Shown one piece after another: positions 46,053-56,140 of a stretch of DNA of 64,000 bases; the stretch's first letter is position 1; each line of letters opens with the position of its first letter. The DNA is from a virus (taxonomy: Duplodnaviria > Caudoviricetes), in the IMG/VR virus record IMGVR_UViG_3300005937_000267, positions 865 to 64,864 of that record. One strand, 5' to 3'. The notes beneath the pieces were generated by a model that saw nothing but the letters and a program-made list of their open reading frames with translations, did not search any database and was not told the origin of the DNA. Made by a program: the position numbers and the translations under genes.

Positions 46053-47550
46053 TCTTTCTCCCTACGCGACCGCGAAGCCGCTGTTCGGGGTGCTGCCGAC
46101 GTGGCTGTCCGAGGCCGACGCGGCGCGCGTCGAGGCCTACGCTCTGTACGAGGGCATGTACCGCAACGTTCCGGACGCCTACAAGATCATCCAGCGGGGC
46201 AGCGAGTCGAACCCGATCTACGTGCCGTGCGCGAAGACGATCGTCGAGGCGACCAACCGCTACCTCGCGAAGGACTGGACGTTCGTCGCGGATCCCAGAC
46301 TTGGCACTGATAGCGAGCGGGCGATGATCCAGCAGGTGCTCACCCCGCTGTTCCGTCGCGAGCGGGTGTGGTCCAAGTTCGCCAGCCAGAAGCGCTACGG
46401 CCTGATCAGGGGAGACACGTGCTGGCACATCATCGCCGATCCCGATCTCCCGCAGGGCAAGCGGATATCGATCATGGAGCTCGACCCGGCCTCGTACTTT
46501 CCGATCTACGACCCGGAGGACGACACCAAGCGCGTCGGCTGTCACATCGTAGAGATCAGGACGAACGACAAGAACGAGTCCATGATCAAGAGACAGACCT
46601 ACCGCAAGGACCCAGCCAGCGGGACGATCACCCACGAGGCCACGTGGTGGGAGCTCGGCGCCTGGGACGACCGGAACATGGATCCCAAGGATCTGAAGAA
46701 GGCGAAGAACCCCCCCGTTCCCGCCGTACCGGAGCATCCGCTGCCGCCGGGGATCACAGCTCTGCCGGTCTACCACATCAGGAACGACCCAGCTCCGAGA
46801 GATCAATTCGGAGTCTCCATCCTGGCCGGGCTCGAGCGGATCGCCGCCGCGGTCTCGCAGGTAATCAGCGACCAAGAGATCGAGCTGGCCCTCTCGGGGC
46901 TGGGTCTGTACGTCACTACCAGCGGACCGCCGGTGGACGAGAGCGGGAACGAGACGAGGTGGAAGATCGGTCCGGGCTACGTCGCCGAGATCGACCCCGA
47001 GGCTGACTGGAAGCGCGTCAGCGGCGTGGCCAGCGTGGATCCCAACCTCGATCACGCTCGGTACCTGGAGCAGAAGATCCAGCAGGCGGCGGGCGTGCCC
47101 GACATCGCCGTCGGCGAGGTGGACGTCTCGGTCGCCGAGTCGGGGATCTCGCTGGCGTTCAAGATGTCTCCGATCTTGGCCAGTAACTCCGAGCGCGAGG
47201 GCGAGATGCTCGGCGTCTACGACCAGATGCTGTACGACGTCTCGCGCGGCTGGCTGCCGGCGTACGAGTCGATAAACTTCGGCGAGGCGGCCACCGCGGT
47301 GTCGATCGTCAGCGACCCTATGCCGATCAACCGAGAGGCTTTCCTGAAGGAGATCGGCGTCATGATCGACAAGGGCATCATGAGCGTCGAGTACGCCCGC
47401 GTGTTGATCAGCGAGAAGCTCGGCCTCGAGTTCCCGGCGACCATGGGCGAGCAGGTCGTCGCCGAGCAGACGGCTCTGGCCGCCGCGCGCAACGCTGACC
47501 CGTTCGAGGCCAGGATCGCGAGGGAGCTGACCGGTGTCGAAGCGGCGTAA
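46045..47550 (+). CDS. Portal protein
   Basis: 501 aa after TerL; GLIRGD, PVYHIRN, GVPDIAVG, SGISL portal-like motifs. Confidence 0.85.
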   Translation: MVDLSPYATAKPLFGVLPTWLSEADAARVEAYALYEGMYRNVPDAYKIIQRGSESNPIYVPCAKTIVEATNRYLAKDWTFVADPRLGTDSERAMIQQVLTPLFRRERVWSKFASQKRYGLIRGDTCWHIIADPDLPQGKRISIMELDPASYFPIYDPEDDTKRVGCHIVEIRTNDKNESMIKRQTYRKDPASGTITHEATWWELGAWDDRNMDPKDLKKAKNPPVPAVPEHPLPPGITALPVYHIRNDPAPRDQFGVSILAGLERIAAAVSQVISDQEIELALSGLGLYVTTSGPPVDESGNETRWKIGPGYVAEIDPEADWKRVSGVASVDPNLDHARYLEQKIQQAAGVPDIAVGEVDVSVAESGISLAFKMSPILASNSEREGEMLGVYDQMLYDVSRGWLPAYESINFGEAATAVSIVSDPMPINREAFLKEIGVMIDKGIMSVEYARVLISEKLGLEFPATMGEQVVAEQTALAAARNADPFEARIARELTGVEAA

Positions 47551-48037
47551 GAAGCGGAGCGTCCGCGACTCACACGTGTCCAAGGATCATCTGGACGCGA
47601 TCTTGGTCTTCATCAGCAAGATGACAGTCATGATGGGACTGCCGTCGTACCGGATCCTGATCATGGCGAAGCCAGCCGACAAGGGCTCCGTCGCGGAGAT
47701 CATCACCACGGACGACCGCTACGTAGCGCAGCTCTACCTCTGCAAGGACTGGATGAGCCGGTCGGACGACGAGCGCCGGGACACGATCGTGCACGAGGTG
47801 CTCCACCTGTGGCACCGGCAGCTGTCGGACTGGCTCCGAGAAGACGTCCACGGTGCCACCGGCGTGCACGAGTATGCCAGGCTCGAGCGGCAGTTCCATA
47901 ACATCACGGAGCTGATGGTGGACGGCATCGCGATGATCTTGGCCGACACGCACTTGATCAAGGAGGAGTGGGAGGAGGCCCACGGTGGCGAGTCCTACTC
48001 CGCTGACCGAGTACCTGAGGGTGCAGCGGTCGACTGA
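47534..48037 (+). CDS. HExxH metallopeptidase-like protein
   Basis: DTIVHEVLHLWH...E motif; in head module. Confidence 0.6.
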   Translation: MSKRRKKRSVRDSHVSKDHLDAILVFISKMTVMMGLPSYRILIMAKPADKGSVAEIITTDDRYVAQLYLCKDWMSRSDDERRDTIVHEVLHLWHRQLSDWLREDVHGATGVHEYARLERQFHNITELMVDGIAMILADTHLIKEEWEEAHGGESYSADRVPEGAAVD

Positions 48038-48860
48038 GCTGGCGATCTTGGCGATGCTGCGCCACGCAGAGCGCAGCGTCGGACCGGAGCTGACGATGAT
48101 CGAGGGGATGGGTGACCTCAGTGTCTCGCAGAGGATTAAGAGGCTTCAGCTCGCCCACTCGCTGGCGGCGATTCACCAGACGATTGATCACCACTACGCG
48201 ATGGTTGGCGGCGAGATACGAGGGCGCCGGTCGCAGGTCGCGGAGGTAGCCGGTCGGTCGATGGCCGACGCAGCGAAGATCTTCAAGACCGCCGGGCTCA
48301 GCGACCGCGAGGTCCGCACCGCCCAGGCGTCCATGATCAGGTCCGCGCAGACCGGCGTCGAGGCGGCGATGGCCAGGGCGCAGGGCAGCTCGTACGTGCC
48401 GCTGTCCCGCCGGGTCTACAAGACGGCGGCGCTCTCCCGGGGACAGGTGTCGCGCATGATCAACGATCACCTGGCCCACGGGTCGTCGGCCAGCGAGCTC
48501 GCCAGGGACGTGCGCCGGTTCGTGCGCCCGGACGCCCGCGGCGGCATGCGGTACGCCAGCACGAGGCTGGCCAGGACCGAGCTGAACAACGCCTTCCACG
48601 CGGTGCAGAGAGACCAGGCGATCAAGAGCCCGTTCATCGAGAGGCTGCTGTGGCAGCTGTCCGGGAGCCACCCGCGCCCTGACGAGTGCAACGACTACGA
48701 GGGCCGAGAGTTCGCGCCCGGCGATCTTCCCGCCAGGCCGCATCCGAACTGCTTCTGCTATACGACTCCGGTGACCGCGTCTCGCGATCAGTTCATCGAG
48801 AACTATAGAGCTGGGAAGTACGACGAGTACTTGGGCGATCTTGGCGTGGAAGCTGCCTGA
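47985..48860 (+). CDS. MuF-like minor capsid protein
   Basis: RLARTELNNA...WQLSGSH...C...PHPNCFC. Confidence 0.8.
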   Translation: MASPTPLTEYLRVQRSTELAILAMLRHAERSVGPELTMIEGMGDLSVSQRIKRLQLAHSLAAIHQTIDHHYAMVGGEIRGRRSQVAEVAGRSMADAAKIFKTAGLSDREVRTAQASMIRSAQTGVEAAMARAQGSSYVPLSRRVYKTAALSRGQVSRMINDHLAHGSSASELARDVRRFVRPDARGGMRYASTRLARTELNNAFHAVQRDQAIKSPFIERLLWQLSGSHPRPDECNDYEGREFAPGDLPARPHPNCFCYTTPVTASRDQFIENYRAGKYDEYLGDLGVEAA

Positions 48861-48900
48861 TCAAGAAACTCACTCGATCACGGCCATCTGCAGTTATAGT
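48858..48900 (+). promoter_or_regulatory. Candidate late promoter
   Basis: TGATCAAGAAA-N26-TATAGT; same spacing as the 54657 element. Confidence 0.5.
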
Positions 48901-48940
48901 GATCGTCGTCTACCTGATCAGCAACGACCGGAGGTCACCA

Positions 48941-49621
48941 ATGGGGCGGAGCCTCGCTGAACTTGCCATCCAAGCACGCACTCCACTGTTCATGATCGAC
49001 GGCAAGCCCGTGTACCCGATCATGGGCGGGGCCGAAGACGGGGAGAGCGAGCAGGAAGAGAAACCGGGAGACGAGTCGGCGCCGGGGAGTGAAGATCACT
49101 CCGAGAACGACGACGACGACAAGAGAGACCCACGCATCAAGGAACTGAGTGACGAGAATGCTCGGCGTCGCAATGAAGCTAAGCGACTGGCTGACGAGCT
49201 GGCTAAGGCGCAGGCGCGTCTCAAGGACATCGACGACGCAGACAAGTCAGCGACTGAGCGCCTCGAGTCCAAGATCGCCGAGCAAGACAAGCGCATCGAG
49301 GCGCTCGTCGAGGCGAACAAAGAACTCTCGATCAAGAACGCGTTCCTAGCCGACAAGAAGCACGTGTGGCGCAATCCCGACTCTGCTCTCAAGCTGCTCG
49401 ACCTCGGCGAGGTCGAGATAGACGATGACGGCAAGATCACGGGTCTCGACAAAGCGATCAAGAAGCTCGCTGATTCTGACTCTTACCTACTGGAGCCCCA
49501 GGACGAGGACACTGGCTTGCCGAAGCAGCCCAGCGGTGATCGGACCAGACAGACCCCTACGGACAAGGCGAAGAAGACGCGGGATGACTTGATCAAGAAG
49601 TTCCCAGCGCTCCAGCGCTGA
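48941..49621 (+). CDS. Scaffolding protein
   Basis: Acidic/coiled coil, LSDENARRR, DLGEVEIDDDG; between MuF and capsid. Confidence 0.85.
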   Translation: MGRSLAELAIQARTPLFMIDGKPVYPIMGGAEDGESEQEEKPGDESAPGSEDHSENDDDDKRDPRIKELSDENARRRNEAKRLADELAKAQARLKDIDDADKSATERLESKIAEQDKRIEALVEANKELSIKNAFLADKKHVWRNPDSALKLLDLGEVEIDDDGKITGLDKAIKKLADSDSYLLEPQDEDTGLPKQPSGDRTRQTPTDKAKKTRDDLIKKFPALQR

Positions 49622-49656
49622 ACAAGATCAAGACAACCTAAGAGAAAGGGGCTGTC

Positions 49657-50040
49657 GTGGCTGCGCGCTATGACAAGTACGACCCCATCTCTGGCGGATT
49701 CCGAGCCCCACTGAACGCTGACTGGCTTGACGCCGACGTCGGCATCCCGTTCGCGGTAGGGCTGAACGCCAGCGGCAAGGTCGTGAAGGGCGCCGGGACC
49801 ACCGGCGTCAGGGCAGTCCTCGTGGTCGACGCCATCGGCAAGAAGGCGAACGACATCGTCGACTGCATGACTGCCGGGGAGATCGTCGACGTCACGTCGC
49901 CGGCTCTCGCCGCCGGCACTAAGTACGCTGGTGTAGCGGCCACGGGAGTGATCGCGGCGACGGGCGTCGGGTCCGAGGTCGGATTCACTGTCGAGGCGAC
50001 TCGACTGATCGTTAGGACTAGCGGGGTGGCGACGACATGA
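49657..50040 (+). CDS. Capsid decoration/cement protein
   Basis: 127 aa, G/A/V-rich, ARYDKYDPISGGFRAPL, upstream of MCP. Confidence 0.7.
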   Translation: MAARYDKYDPISGGFRAPLNADWLDADVGIPFAVGLNASGKVVKGAGTTGVRAVLVVDAIGKKANDIVDCMTAGEIVDVTSPALAAGTKYAGVAATGVIAATGVGSEVGFTVEATRLIVRTSGVATT

Positions 50041-51266
50041 TCACGCGCAATCCATTCGGTTCCTCGATCTACGGTGTTCCGCCGACCGCGCTAGATCTGA
50101 ATCTCGAGAAGATCAAGCTTCTCCGTTCGCTCGGTCTGATCCCGCAGATCGCCGGCGGCGCGTACGGCTACAACGCGGCCGCCGACATCCTCGGTCAGAC
50201 CGCCGACGGTCGCGATCTCAATGAGATCTGGGCCGAGTTCCAAGCCACGCTGGCGATCCAGAACGAGTCGCGCCAGCGGCTCATCGATCTTCTGACGTTC
50301 CCCGTCACGAACATCATCGAGGACGTCCCGCAGTTCGGCGGCGGCGACTTCGAGGAGATGTCCGAGTACGGCGTCCCGAAGTCGATCAGGCCCGTCGGGT
50401 CCGTGCTGCAGCTCGGCTACACGTTCAAGTGGTACGACCTGGCGGCGAGGTTCACGTGGCTGTTCCTGGCGGACGCCAGCGCAGCGCAGGTGGACGCCGT
50501 GCACCAGGCGGCGCTCGACGCCGACAACCGGCTCGTCTTCCTAGAGGTCATGCGATCGCTGTTCCGGAACACCAACCGGACGACCAACATCAGGAACCAG
50601 AACTACAACGTGTACACGTTCTGGAACGGCGACGGCAACGTGCCGCCGTCGTACAAGAACACCACGTTCACCGGTACGCACACCCACTTCCGCAACTCGG
50701 GCGCGGCGACCATCGACTCTGGTGATCTCGAGGAGATGATCGACGATCTCAAGTCGCACGGCTACTCGCAGGAGAACGGCACCACGCTCTACGCCTTGAC
50801 CAACGAGGCTCAGGCGAACGTGATCAGGACGTTCCGACAGGGGCAGACGAACAACAACGGCGCCGTGGCGCGCTGGGACTTCATCCCGGCGGCCAACCAG
50901 CCGGCCTTCATCGTGCCGACCACGATGGCGGTAGTCGGCGGCCAGGTGCCGGGCACGTTCCGCGGCTTCAACGTGGTCGGGAACTACGGTCCCGCGGTGA
51001 TCGTCGAGGAGTCCTACATCCCGGCTGGCTACGTCGTGCTGCTGGGATCCGGCGGCGAGGCGAACCTGCAGAACCCCATCGGGTTCCGCGAGCACGCCAA
51101 CGCCGCTCTCCGCGGGCTCCGGCTCGTGCAGGACAAGCAGTCGGACTACCCGCTGATCGACTCGTACTACGTGCGAGGCTTCGGCACCGGAGTGCGGCAG
51201 CGGGGCGCGGGCATGGTGATGAAGATCAGCGCCGGCGCCTACTCGGTCCCGACTCAGTACGCATAG
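50037..51266 (+). CDS. Major capsid protein
   Basis: 409 aa after scaffold; FEEMSEYGVP, QLGYTFKWYD, GFGTGVRQRGAG. Confidence 0.88.
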   Translation: MITRNPFGSSIYGVPPTALDLNLEKIKLLRSLGLIPQIAGGAYGYNAAADILGQTADGRDLNEIWAEFQATLAIQNESRQRLIDLLTFPVTNIIEDVPQFGGGDFEEMSEYGVPKSIRPVGSVLQLGYTFKWYDLAARFTWLFLADASAAQVDAVHQAALDADNRLVFLEVMRSLFRNTNRTTNIRNQNYNVYTFWNGDGNVPPSYKNTTFTGTHTHFRNSGAATIDSGDLEEMIDDLKSHGYSQENGTTLYALTNEAQANVIRTFRQGQTNNNGAVARWDFIPAANQPAFIVPTTMAVVGGQVPGTFRGFNVVGNYGPAVIVEESYIPAGYVVLLGSGGEANLQNPIGFREHANAALRGLRLVQDKQSDYPLIDSYYVRGFGTGVRQRGAGMVMKISAGAYSVPTQYA

Positions 51267-51272
51267 GAGCTG

Positions 51273-51563
51273 ATGATCATGAGCAAGCAACTCGATCTCA
51301 CCAAGCCACTGTCGCAGGAGCAGATCGACGAGCTCCTCACGAAGTGGCCGGTCGAGAAGGTCCAGTACTGGGTGGAGCAATCCAGCGGATCTGAGTTCGA
51401 CGAGGAGGAGTTCAGGGCCCAGGCCGAGCAGTCTGGGACCGAGGACTACGACGGGTACACGGTCCCGCAGCTCCAGGAGAAGCTGCGCGATCGCGATCTT
51501 CCTATCTCGGGCTCCAAGCAGGAGCTGGTCGACAGGCTCCGGGAGGACGACTCGCAGACGTAG
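51273..51563 (+). CDS. SAP/HeH-domain protein
   Basis: YTVPQLQEKLRDRDLPISGSKQELVDRL. Confidence 0.75.
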   Translation: MIMSKQLDLTKPLSQEQIDELLTKWPVEKVQYWVEQSSGSEFDEEEFRAQAEQSGTEDYDGYTVPQLQEKLRDRDLPISGSKQELVDRLREDDSQT

Positions 51564-51655
51564 GGGGTAGAACTCCTGCGAAAGATGAGAGGGTCGTCGT
51601 GGTTTCGCCGACTGGGTCGCCGACCCTCTCATCCAAGATCACTGAAGGAGGCGTG

Positions 51656-51979
51656 ATGGCTTCTGTCGATGAGATCGAAGTAGTTCGCGCCAACACCAAC
51701 GAGCCCACCCAAGATCACTATACTGACGCTCAGCTCAGCGACATCATCGACGCGTGGGACGGTAACTTGGACGCGGCGTCCGCCGCTGTCTGGCGGATGA
51801 AGGCTGGTCGCTACGCGGATCTCGCCGACGTCCAGGAGGGCTCGTCCAGGCGATCGCTCGGCGACCTCCACGAGCAGGCGCTGGCCATGGCCAAGACGTT
51901 CGCGACCTCGGCCGCTGGCGGCGGCTCAGTCGACGGCGGGATGCGGCCCGGTAGGACCCGACCGATCGAGCGACCATGA
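51656..51979 (+). CDS. Head-to-tail adaptor
   Basis: AASAAVWRMKAGRYADLADVQEGSSRRSL. Confidence 0.7.
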   Translation: MASVDEIEVVRANTNEPTQDHYTDAQLSDIIDAWDGNLDAASAAVWRMKAGRYADLADVQEGSSRRSLGDLHEQALAMAKTFATSAAGGGSVDGGMRPGRTRPIERP

Positions 51980-52431
51980 CCAGGAAGCTCGTCCACCAGA
52001 ACTTCCAGTACACCAACGGCCAGATAGCCGCCGGCGAGGACATCTCAGTGGTCGCCAGAGGCACTCTCTCCCCGGCTGCCTTGTACTCCATGGCGTTCGG
52101 CGGGGTGGCGCTCTCGAACCCGCTCATCGCGGACGACTCCGGGAACATCAGCTTCTACGTCGACCCGGGATCGTACGACTACGTCGTCAACGGAGCCCGC
52201 GTCCCGTTCGACGTCACGGAGGACGGCGGCACCGACTTCTACCTGCAGCACGACCAGAACGTGGCGGTCGCGACGTGGACGATCCTGCACTCGTTCGGTC
52301 GGCATCCCAACGTCGTGCTGATCGACGCAGACGACGAGATGATCTTGACTGATCTCGAGTACCCAGACCTAGCAACCGTCGTCGCCACGTTCCCGGCGCC
52401 GACTACCGGAAAGGCGATCCTGCAAGCATGA
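51976..52431 (+). CDS. Virion accessory protein
   Basis: ADDSGNISFYV; C-terminal ATWTILHSFGRHPNV beta domain. Confidence 0.6.
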   Translation: MTRKLVHQNFQYTNGQIAAGEDISVVARGTLSPAALYSMAFGGVALSNPLIADDSGNISFYVDPGSYDYVVNGARVPFDVTEDGGTDFYLQHDQNVAVATWTILHSFGRHPNVVLIDADDEMILTDLEYPDLATVVATFPAPTTGKAILQA

Positions 52432-53222
52432 GCATCAAGGTCATGAATGGCCTGAACCTGAACAGCCAGAAGATCGTCGGTCTGGCGGACGGGTCGGCGG
52501 CCACAGACGCAGTAACCAAGCAGCAGCTAGACAACGCGATCAACGGCCTGTCGTGGAAGCAGCCGGTTCGAGTGGCGACCACGGCCAACGGCGCTCTGGC
52601 GACTGCGTACGCGAACGGCCAGAGCATCGACGGCGTATCGCTGGTCACCGGCGACCGGATCCTGATCAAGAACCAGACCACCCAGTCCGAGAACGGGATC
52701 TACGTCGCGGCGGCGTCCGGCGCGCCGACTCGCGCGACCGACGCTGACTCCAGCGGCGAGCTGCAGTCGGCGACGGTCTACGTGGTCGCGGGCACGACCA
52801 ACGCCGACAAGTCCTTCAGCCAGACCACCGACAACCCGACGGTCGGCTCGTCCAACATCGTCTTCGCCCAGGTCGGCGGCGGGCTCACATACGTCGCGGG
52901 CAACGGCCTGACTGAGTCGCCGGCCCAGACGTTCAACGTCGGCGCGGGCACCGGGATCACGGTCGCAGCGGACACGGTCGGCATCGACCCGGCGTACACC
53001 GGGCTGGCCAAGCGGTTCTCCCAGAACATCGGCGACGGCTCGACGAGCGCGATCGTGGTCACGCACAACCTGGGTACCCGCGACGTCGTGGTGAGCGTTC
53101 ACGACGCGACCACGTTCGACGAGGTATTCGTCGACGTCCAGAAGACCACGACGAACACGGTCACGATCACGTTCGCGACCGCTCCGGCGTCCAACGCGTA
53201 CCGCGTGACTGTCTTGGCGTGA
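52428..53222 (+). CDS. Fibre-like virion protein
   Basis: LADGSAATDAVTKQQL stalk motif; VRVATT...IDGV...GDRILIKNQT..ENGIY; VTHNLGTRDV. Confidence 0.7.
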   Translation: MSIKVMNGLNLNSQKIVGLADGSAATDAVTKQQLDNAINGLSWKQPVRVATTANGALATAYANGQSIDGVSLVTGDRILIKNQTTQSENGIYVAAASGAPTRATDADSSGELQSATVYVVAGTTNADKSFSQTTDNPTVGSSNIVFAQVGGGLTYVAGNGLTESPAQTFNVGAGTGITVAADTVGIDPAYTGLAKRFSQNIGDGSTSAIVVTHNLGTRDVVVSVHDATTFDEVFVDVQKTTTNTVTITFATAPASNAYRVTVLA

Positions 53223-53228
53223 TCTTGA

Positions 53229-53909
53229 GTGGTCAAGGTACTCGGGCCGAACGACAAGAAGATCAGCGGGCTCGCCGCTGCTAGCGCGCTGGCCAGCGCC
53301 GATCTCGTGCCCGTCGTGCAGAGCGGCACGACTGAGAAAGCCACGATGGACCAGATACGGTCCTTCGTCGGCGGCGCGCTCGCGTTCGGCAGCACCGGTA
53401 CTCAGGGGGCTGGGTTCGCGTCGGACACCTACCTATCCGGGACTGGGATCACCATCGCCGACCCAACGGTGATGCTGAAGGCTCGGACGCAGTTCTGGTG
53501 CATGTTCAGCGTCTCTAAGTCCGGCGCCGGCACCGTGGCGCCGATCATCACCATCAGGTACGGCACGCTGGGCACCACCTCGGACGCTGGCGTGCTGGCG
53601 TTCACCTTCCCGGCCCAGACGGCAGTGGTCGACGAGGGGGTCTTCGAGATCTTCGCGCACTTCCGCTCGGTCGGGTCCGGCACCGCGGCGGTGATGGCGG
53701 GGGTAGCCCGGCTGACGCACGACAAGGGCTCGGCGGGCACCTCTGCGGGCACCGGTCTGTCTGTGGAGTCCACTCCTGCCGTGATCATCATCGGCAGCGG
53801 GTTCAACTCCACCCCGGCGAACTCGATCATCGGGGTGAGCGTCAACGGAGGCACCTCCGCGGCGTGGACGGTCGCGGTCTGCCAGTGCCGGCTCAGCAAC
53901 CTGTTCTAG
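53229..53909 (+). CDS. Fibre-like virion protein
   Basis: KKISGLAAAS...LVPVVQSGTTEKAT; G/S/T/A-rich. Confidence 0.6.
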   Translation: MVKVLGPNDKKISGLAAASALASADLVPVVQSGTTEKATMDQIRSFVGGALAFGSTGTQGAGFASDTYLSGTGITIADPTVMLKARTQFWCMFSVSKSGAGTVAPIITIRYGTLGTTSDAGVLAFTFPAQTAVVDEGVFEIFAHFRSVGSGTAAVMAGVARLTHDKGSAGTSAGTGLSVESTPAVIIIGSGFNSTPANSIIGVSVNGGTSAAWTVAVCQCRLSNLF

Positions 53910-53918
53910 AGGTGCCGC

Positions 53919-54659
53919 ATGGTCGACGAGATCTTGCTCACCGAGGACGGACATCAGCTGATCCAAGAGACGGCCCATCACCTGCTGCTCGAGGCTGTCC
54001 CGGAAGTCTCCGAGCCTCCTTGGATTAACCTCGCCAAGGGCACTGCCCTCCCGAACGGCACCACGAGCCACACCATCAACTTCGGGTTCACCGCCGGCAC
54101 CGGGACTGTGCTGGTCTTCATCATCATCGGAGCCGTCACCCACACGGTGTCTGCGGGCGGCTGGACCAAGCGACAGGGGCCGGTCAACTCCGCCGAGCTG
54201 GCGCTCTTCGAGGTGGCGGGTGCCGGGCAGACCTCGATCACCGTCACCCACAACGGAGCCGACTACTCCGCCCGCTGGCTCTGCTACGAGTTCCGGGCTG
54301 GTACTACCTACACCAACTCCTCCAGCGAGACGGCCAACGATAATACCCCGCCCGCCCTAGGATCACTGCCGGGCACAAAGCAGGTGATCATCGGCGCGTT
54401 CGGCATGGACGTCAGCAGTCTGACCGGCTCCACCAGTACGACCTCTTGGATCTCGCCGTGGGTCGAGGACGAGGACACTTTCGTCAACAAGAGCGGGACA
54501 GCCTTCACGGACGGCTCCTACCTCACCGTCGCGCATCAGATCAACTACACTGGATCATCGATCACCCCGCCCACGATCGCGCTCACCGACAGCGGCAGCC
54601 CGACCTACGCCGTTGATCGTCAGAAGGTCATGGCGGCCTACAACGTCCCAGCGAGTTGA
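53919..54659 (+). CDS. Virion accessory protein
   Basis: ILLTEDG..LIQE N-terminal motif; T/S/G-rich beta domain. Confidence 0.6.
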   Translation: MVDEILLTEDGHQLIQETAHHLLLEAVPEVSEPPWINLAKGTALPNGTTSHTINFGFTAGTGTVLVFIIIGAVTHTVSAGGWTKRQGPVNSAELALFEVAGAGQTSITVTHNGADYSARWLCYEFRAGTTYTNSSSETANDNTPPALGSLPGTKQVIIGAFGMDVSSLTGSTSTTSWISPWVEDEDTFVNKSGTAFTDGSYLTVAHQINYTGSSITPPTIALTDSGSPTYAVDRQKVMAAYNVPAS

Positions 54660-54699
54660 TCAAGAAAATCGACGATATCCAATGATCAACAATTAGGAT
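54657..54699 (+). promoter_or_regulatory. Candidate late promoter
   Basis: TGATCAAGAAA-N26-TAGGAT; AT-rich; GTTGATCA/TGATCAAC inverted repeat. Confidence 0.5.
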
Positions 54700-54706
54700 T
54701 CATGCT

Positions 54707-55123
54707 GTGACGATCGTCATCCCTAGTCCTCCCGAGGCGCCGGGCGGCTACGTCGGGCTCGGCGACGAGATCGACGTCCAGCGCCGGCTCACGGTGGCCT
54801 ACATCGATACCAAGCCCGTCATGATCACCTTGATCCCACGGGTTCGAGCCAAGAAACTTACCGGCGGCTTCGCGTTCCAAGAGATGACTCCCAGGAGCCC
54901 GCAGAAGATGCGCTTGATCGAGCCGTACCACGGAACCCTGCCGATAATGCTCACAGGTTCTGACGGCGTTCAGCGCGAGATGGAGATGATGCTGCTCGGA
55001 CGCTGGGACTGTGATCTTGAGAAATACGACATCTTCGAGTACAGCGGTCAGGCATACGAGGTGGCGCAGCTCTACTTCTTCAACGGGTACGAGCAGCGCG
55101 CGGAGGTGATCAGGTTTGGCTAG
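54707..55123 (+). CDS. Head-to-tail stopper/closure protein
   Basis: Position and size in neck module. Confidence 0.6.
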   Translation: MTIVIPSPPEAPGGYVGLGDEIDVQRRLTVAYIDTKPVMITLIPRVRAKKLTGGFAFQEMTPRSPQKMRLIEPYHGTLPIMLTGSDGVQREMEMMLLGRWDCDLEKYDIFEYSGQAYEVAQLYFFNGYEQRAEVIRFG

Positions 55124-55478
55124 GGGCGTCAGGTGGGACGATCAGATCAGTCCTAAGCTAGAGCGGGCCAGCAGGAGCGGGGTCGATAACTTTCTTCGGG
55201 CCGTGGTCCAGCAGCACGCGCCGAGAGTCGAGACCGCTGCCAAGCGAGGCGCCAAGTGGCGCGATCGCACCGGCAACGCGCGCAACGGTCTGAGGGGCAT
55301 ACCAGAGAGCCAGAAGGGTGGGCCGTACAAGATCATCCTCGCGCACGGAGTGCCGTACGGGATCTGGCTGGAAGTCCGGTTCTCTGGGAAATACGCGATC
55401 ATCAACCCGACGATCTCCACCGAGGGGCACGACGTGATGCGCACCGTGCAGAACGGCCTACCGAAGATCTTCGGATGA
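55116..55478 (+). CDS. HK97 gp10-like neck protein
   Basis: WRDRTGNARNGL...YGIWLEV...YAIINPT. Confidence 0.75.
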   Translation: MARGVRWDDQISPKLERASRSGVDNFLRAVVQQHAPRVETAAKRGAKWRDRTGNARNGLRGIPESQKGGPYKIILAHGVPYGIWLEVRFSGKYAIINPTISTEGHDVMRTVQNGLPKIFG

Positions 55479-55861
55479 CGGCGCGCGCCGCAGTACATAG
55501 GCTGCTCGAGGAGGATCCGATCCTGGCGAGCATCGGCGTGAGTGCGGTCTACGGGGCGATGTCGGTCGACACCCCGCCGGAGGATCTCTTCATGACGGTG
55601 CACTGGGATGAGCGCAACATCTCTTTCCAGCAGCGGGGTTCCGAGACGCTCGTGATCTGGGTCCATGATCGCCAGAGAGACTTCGGACGCATCGACGCCG
55701 CCATCGAGAGAATGATCACGATCTTAGAGGACGTTGTTCATCTATCGGGGGACGACGGGATCCTGACGCAGGCTCGGTGGGTCGGCACTTCCCGCGACCT
55801 CTACGACGACGGGTACAACACGGTGACGAAGAACGTCAGCTTCACGGCGGTCTCCAGATAG
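55475..55861 (+). CDS. Tail terminator
   Basis: 128 aa upstream of major tail; LVIWVHD, SRDLYDD. Confidence 0.65.
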   Translation: MTARAAVHRLLEEDPILASIGVSAVYGAMSVDTPPEDLFMTVHWDERNISFQQRGSETLVIWVHDRQRDFGRIDAAIERMITILEDVVHLSGDDGILTQARWVGTSRDLYDDGYNTVTKNVSFTAVSR

Positions 55862-55888
55862 ACTACGCCTCGAAGGAGGAAGATCAAC

Positions 55889-56140
55889 TTGCCTGCAAGA
55901 TCATCTGGCAGGTCGACCAAGTCGACGCCTGGGAAGGTCGTGAAGTACACCGGTCCCTACGACGTGAAGATCATCACTGAGAAGGACTGGAAAGCAATCG
56001 ACATCGATGATCAAGGCGATGTCAAGTGGGACTGGCGCAACGACTGGGCTGTGTCCGTGGACCAGTTCTCCGAAGTCGCGCTGAACTATTGCAAGAACCG
56101 AGATCCCAACCTCAAGATCATCGACAAGGCGAGTGACTGA
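55889..56140 (+). CDS. Hypothetical virion-module protein
   Basis: 83 aa, TTG start after GGAGGAAG. Confidence 0.55.
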   Translation: MPARSSGRSTKSTPGKVVKYTGPYDVKIITEKDWKAIDIDDQGDVKWDWRNDWAVSVDQFSEVALNYCKNRDPNLKIIDKASD

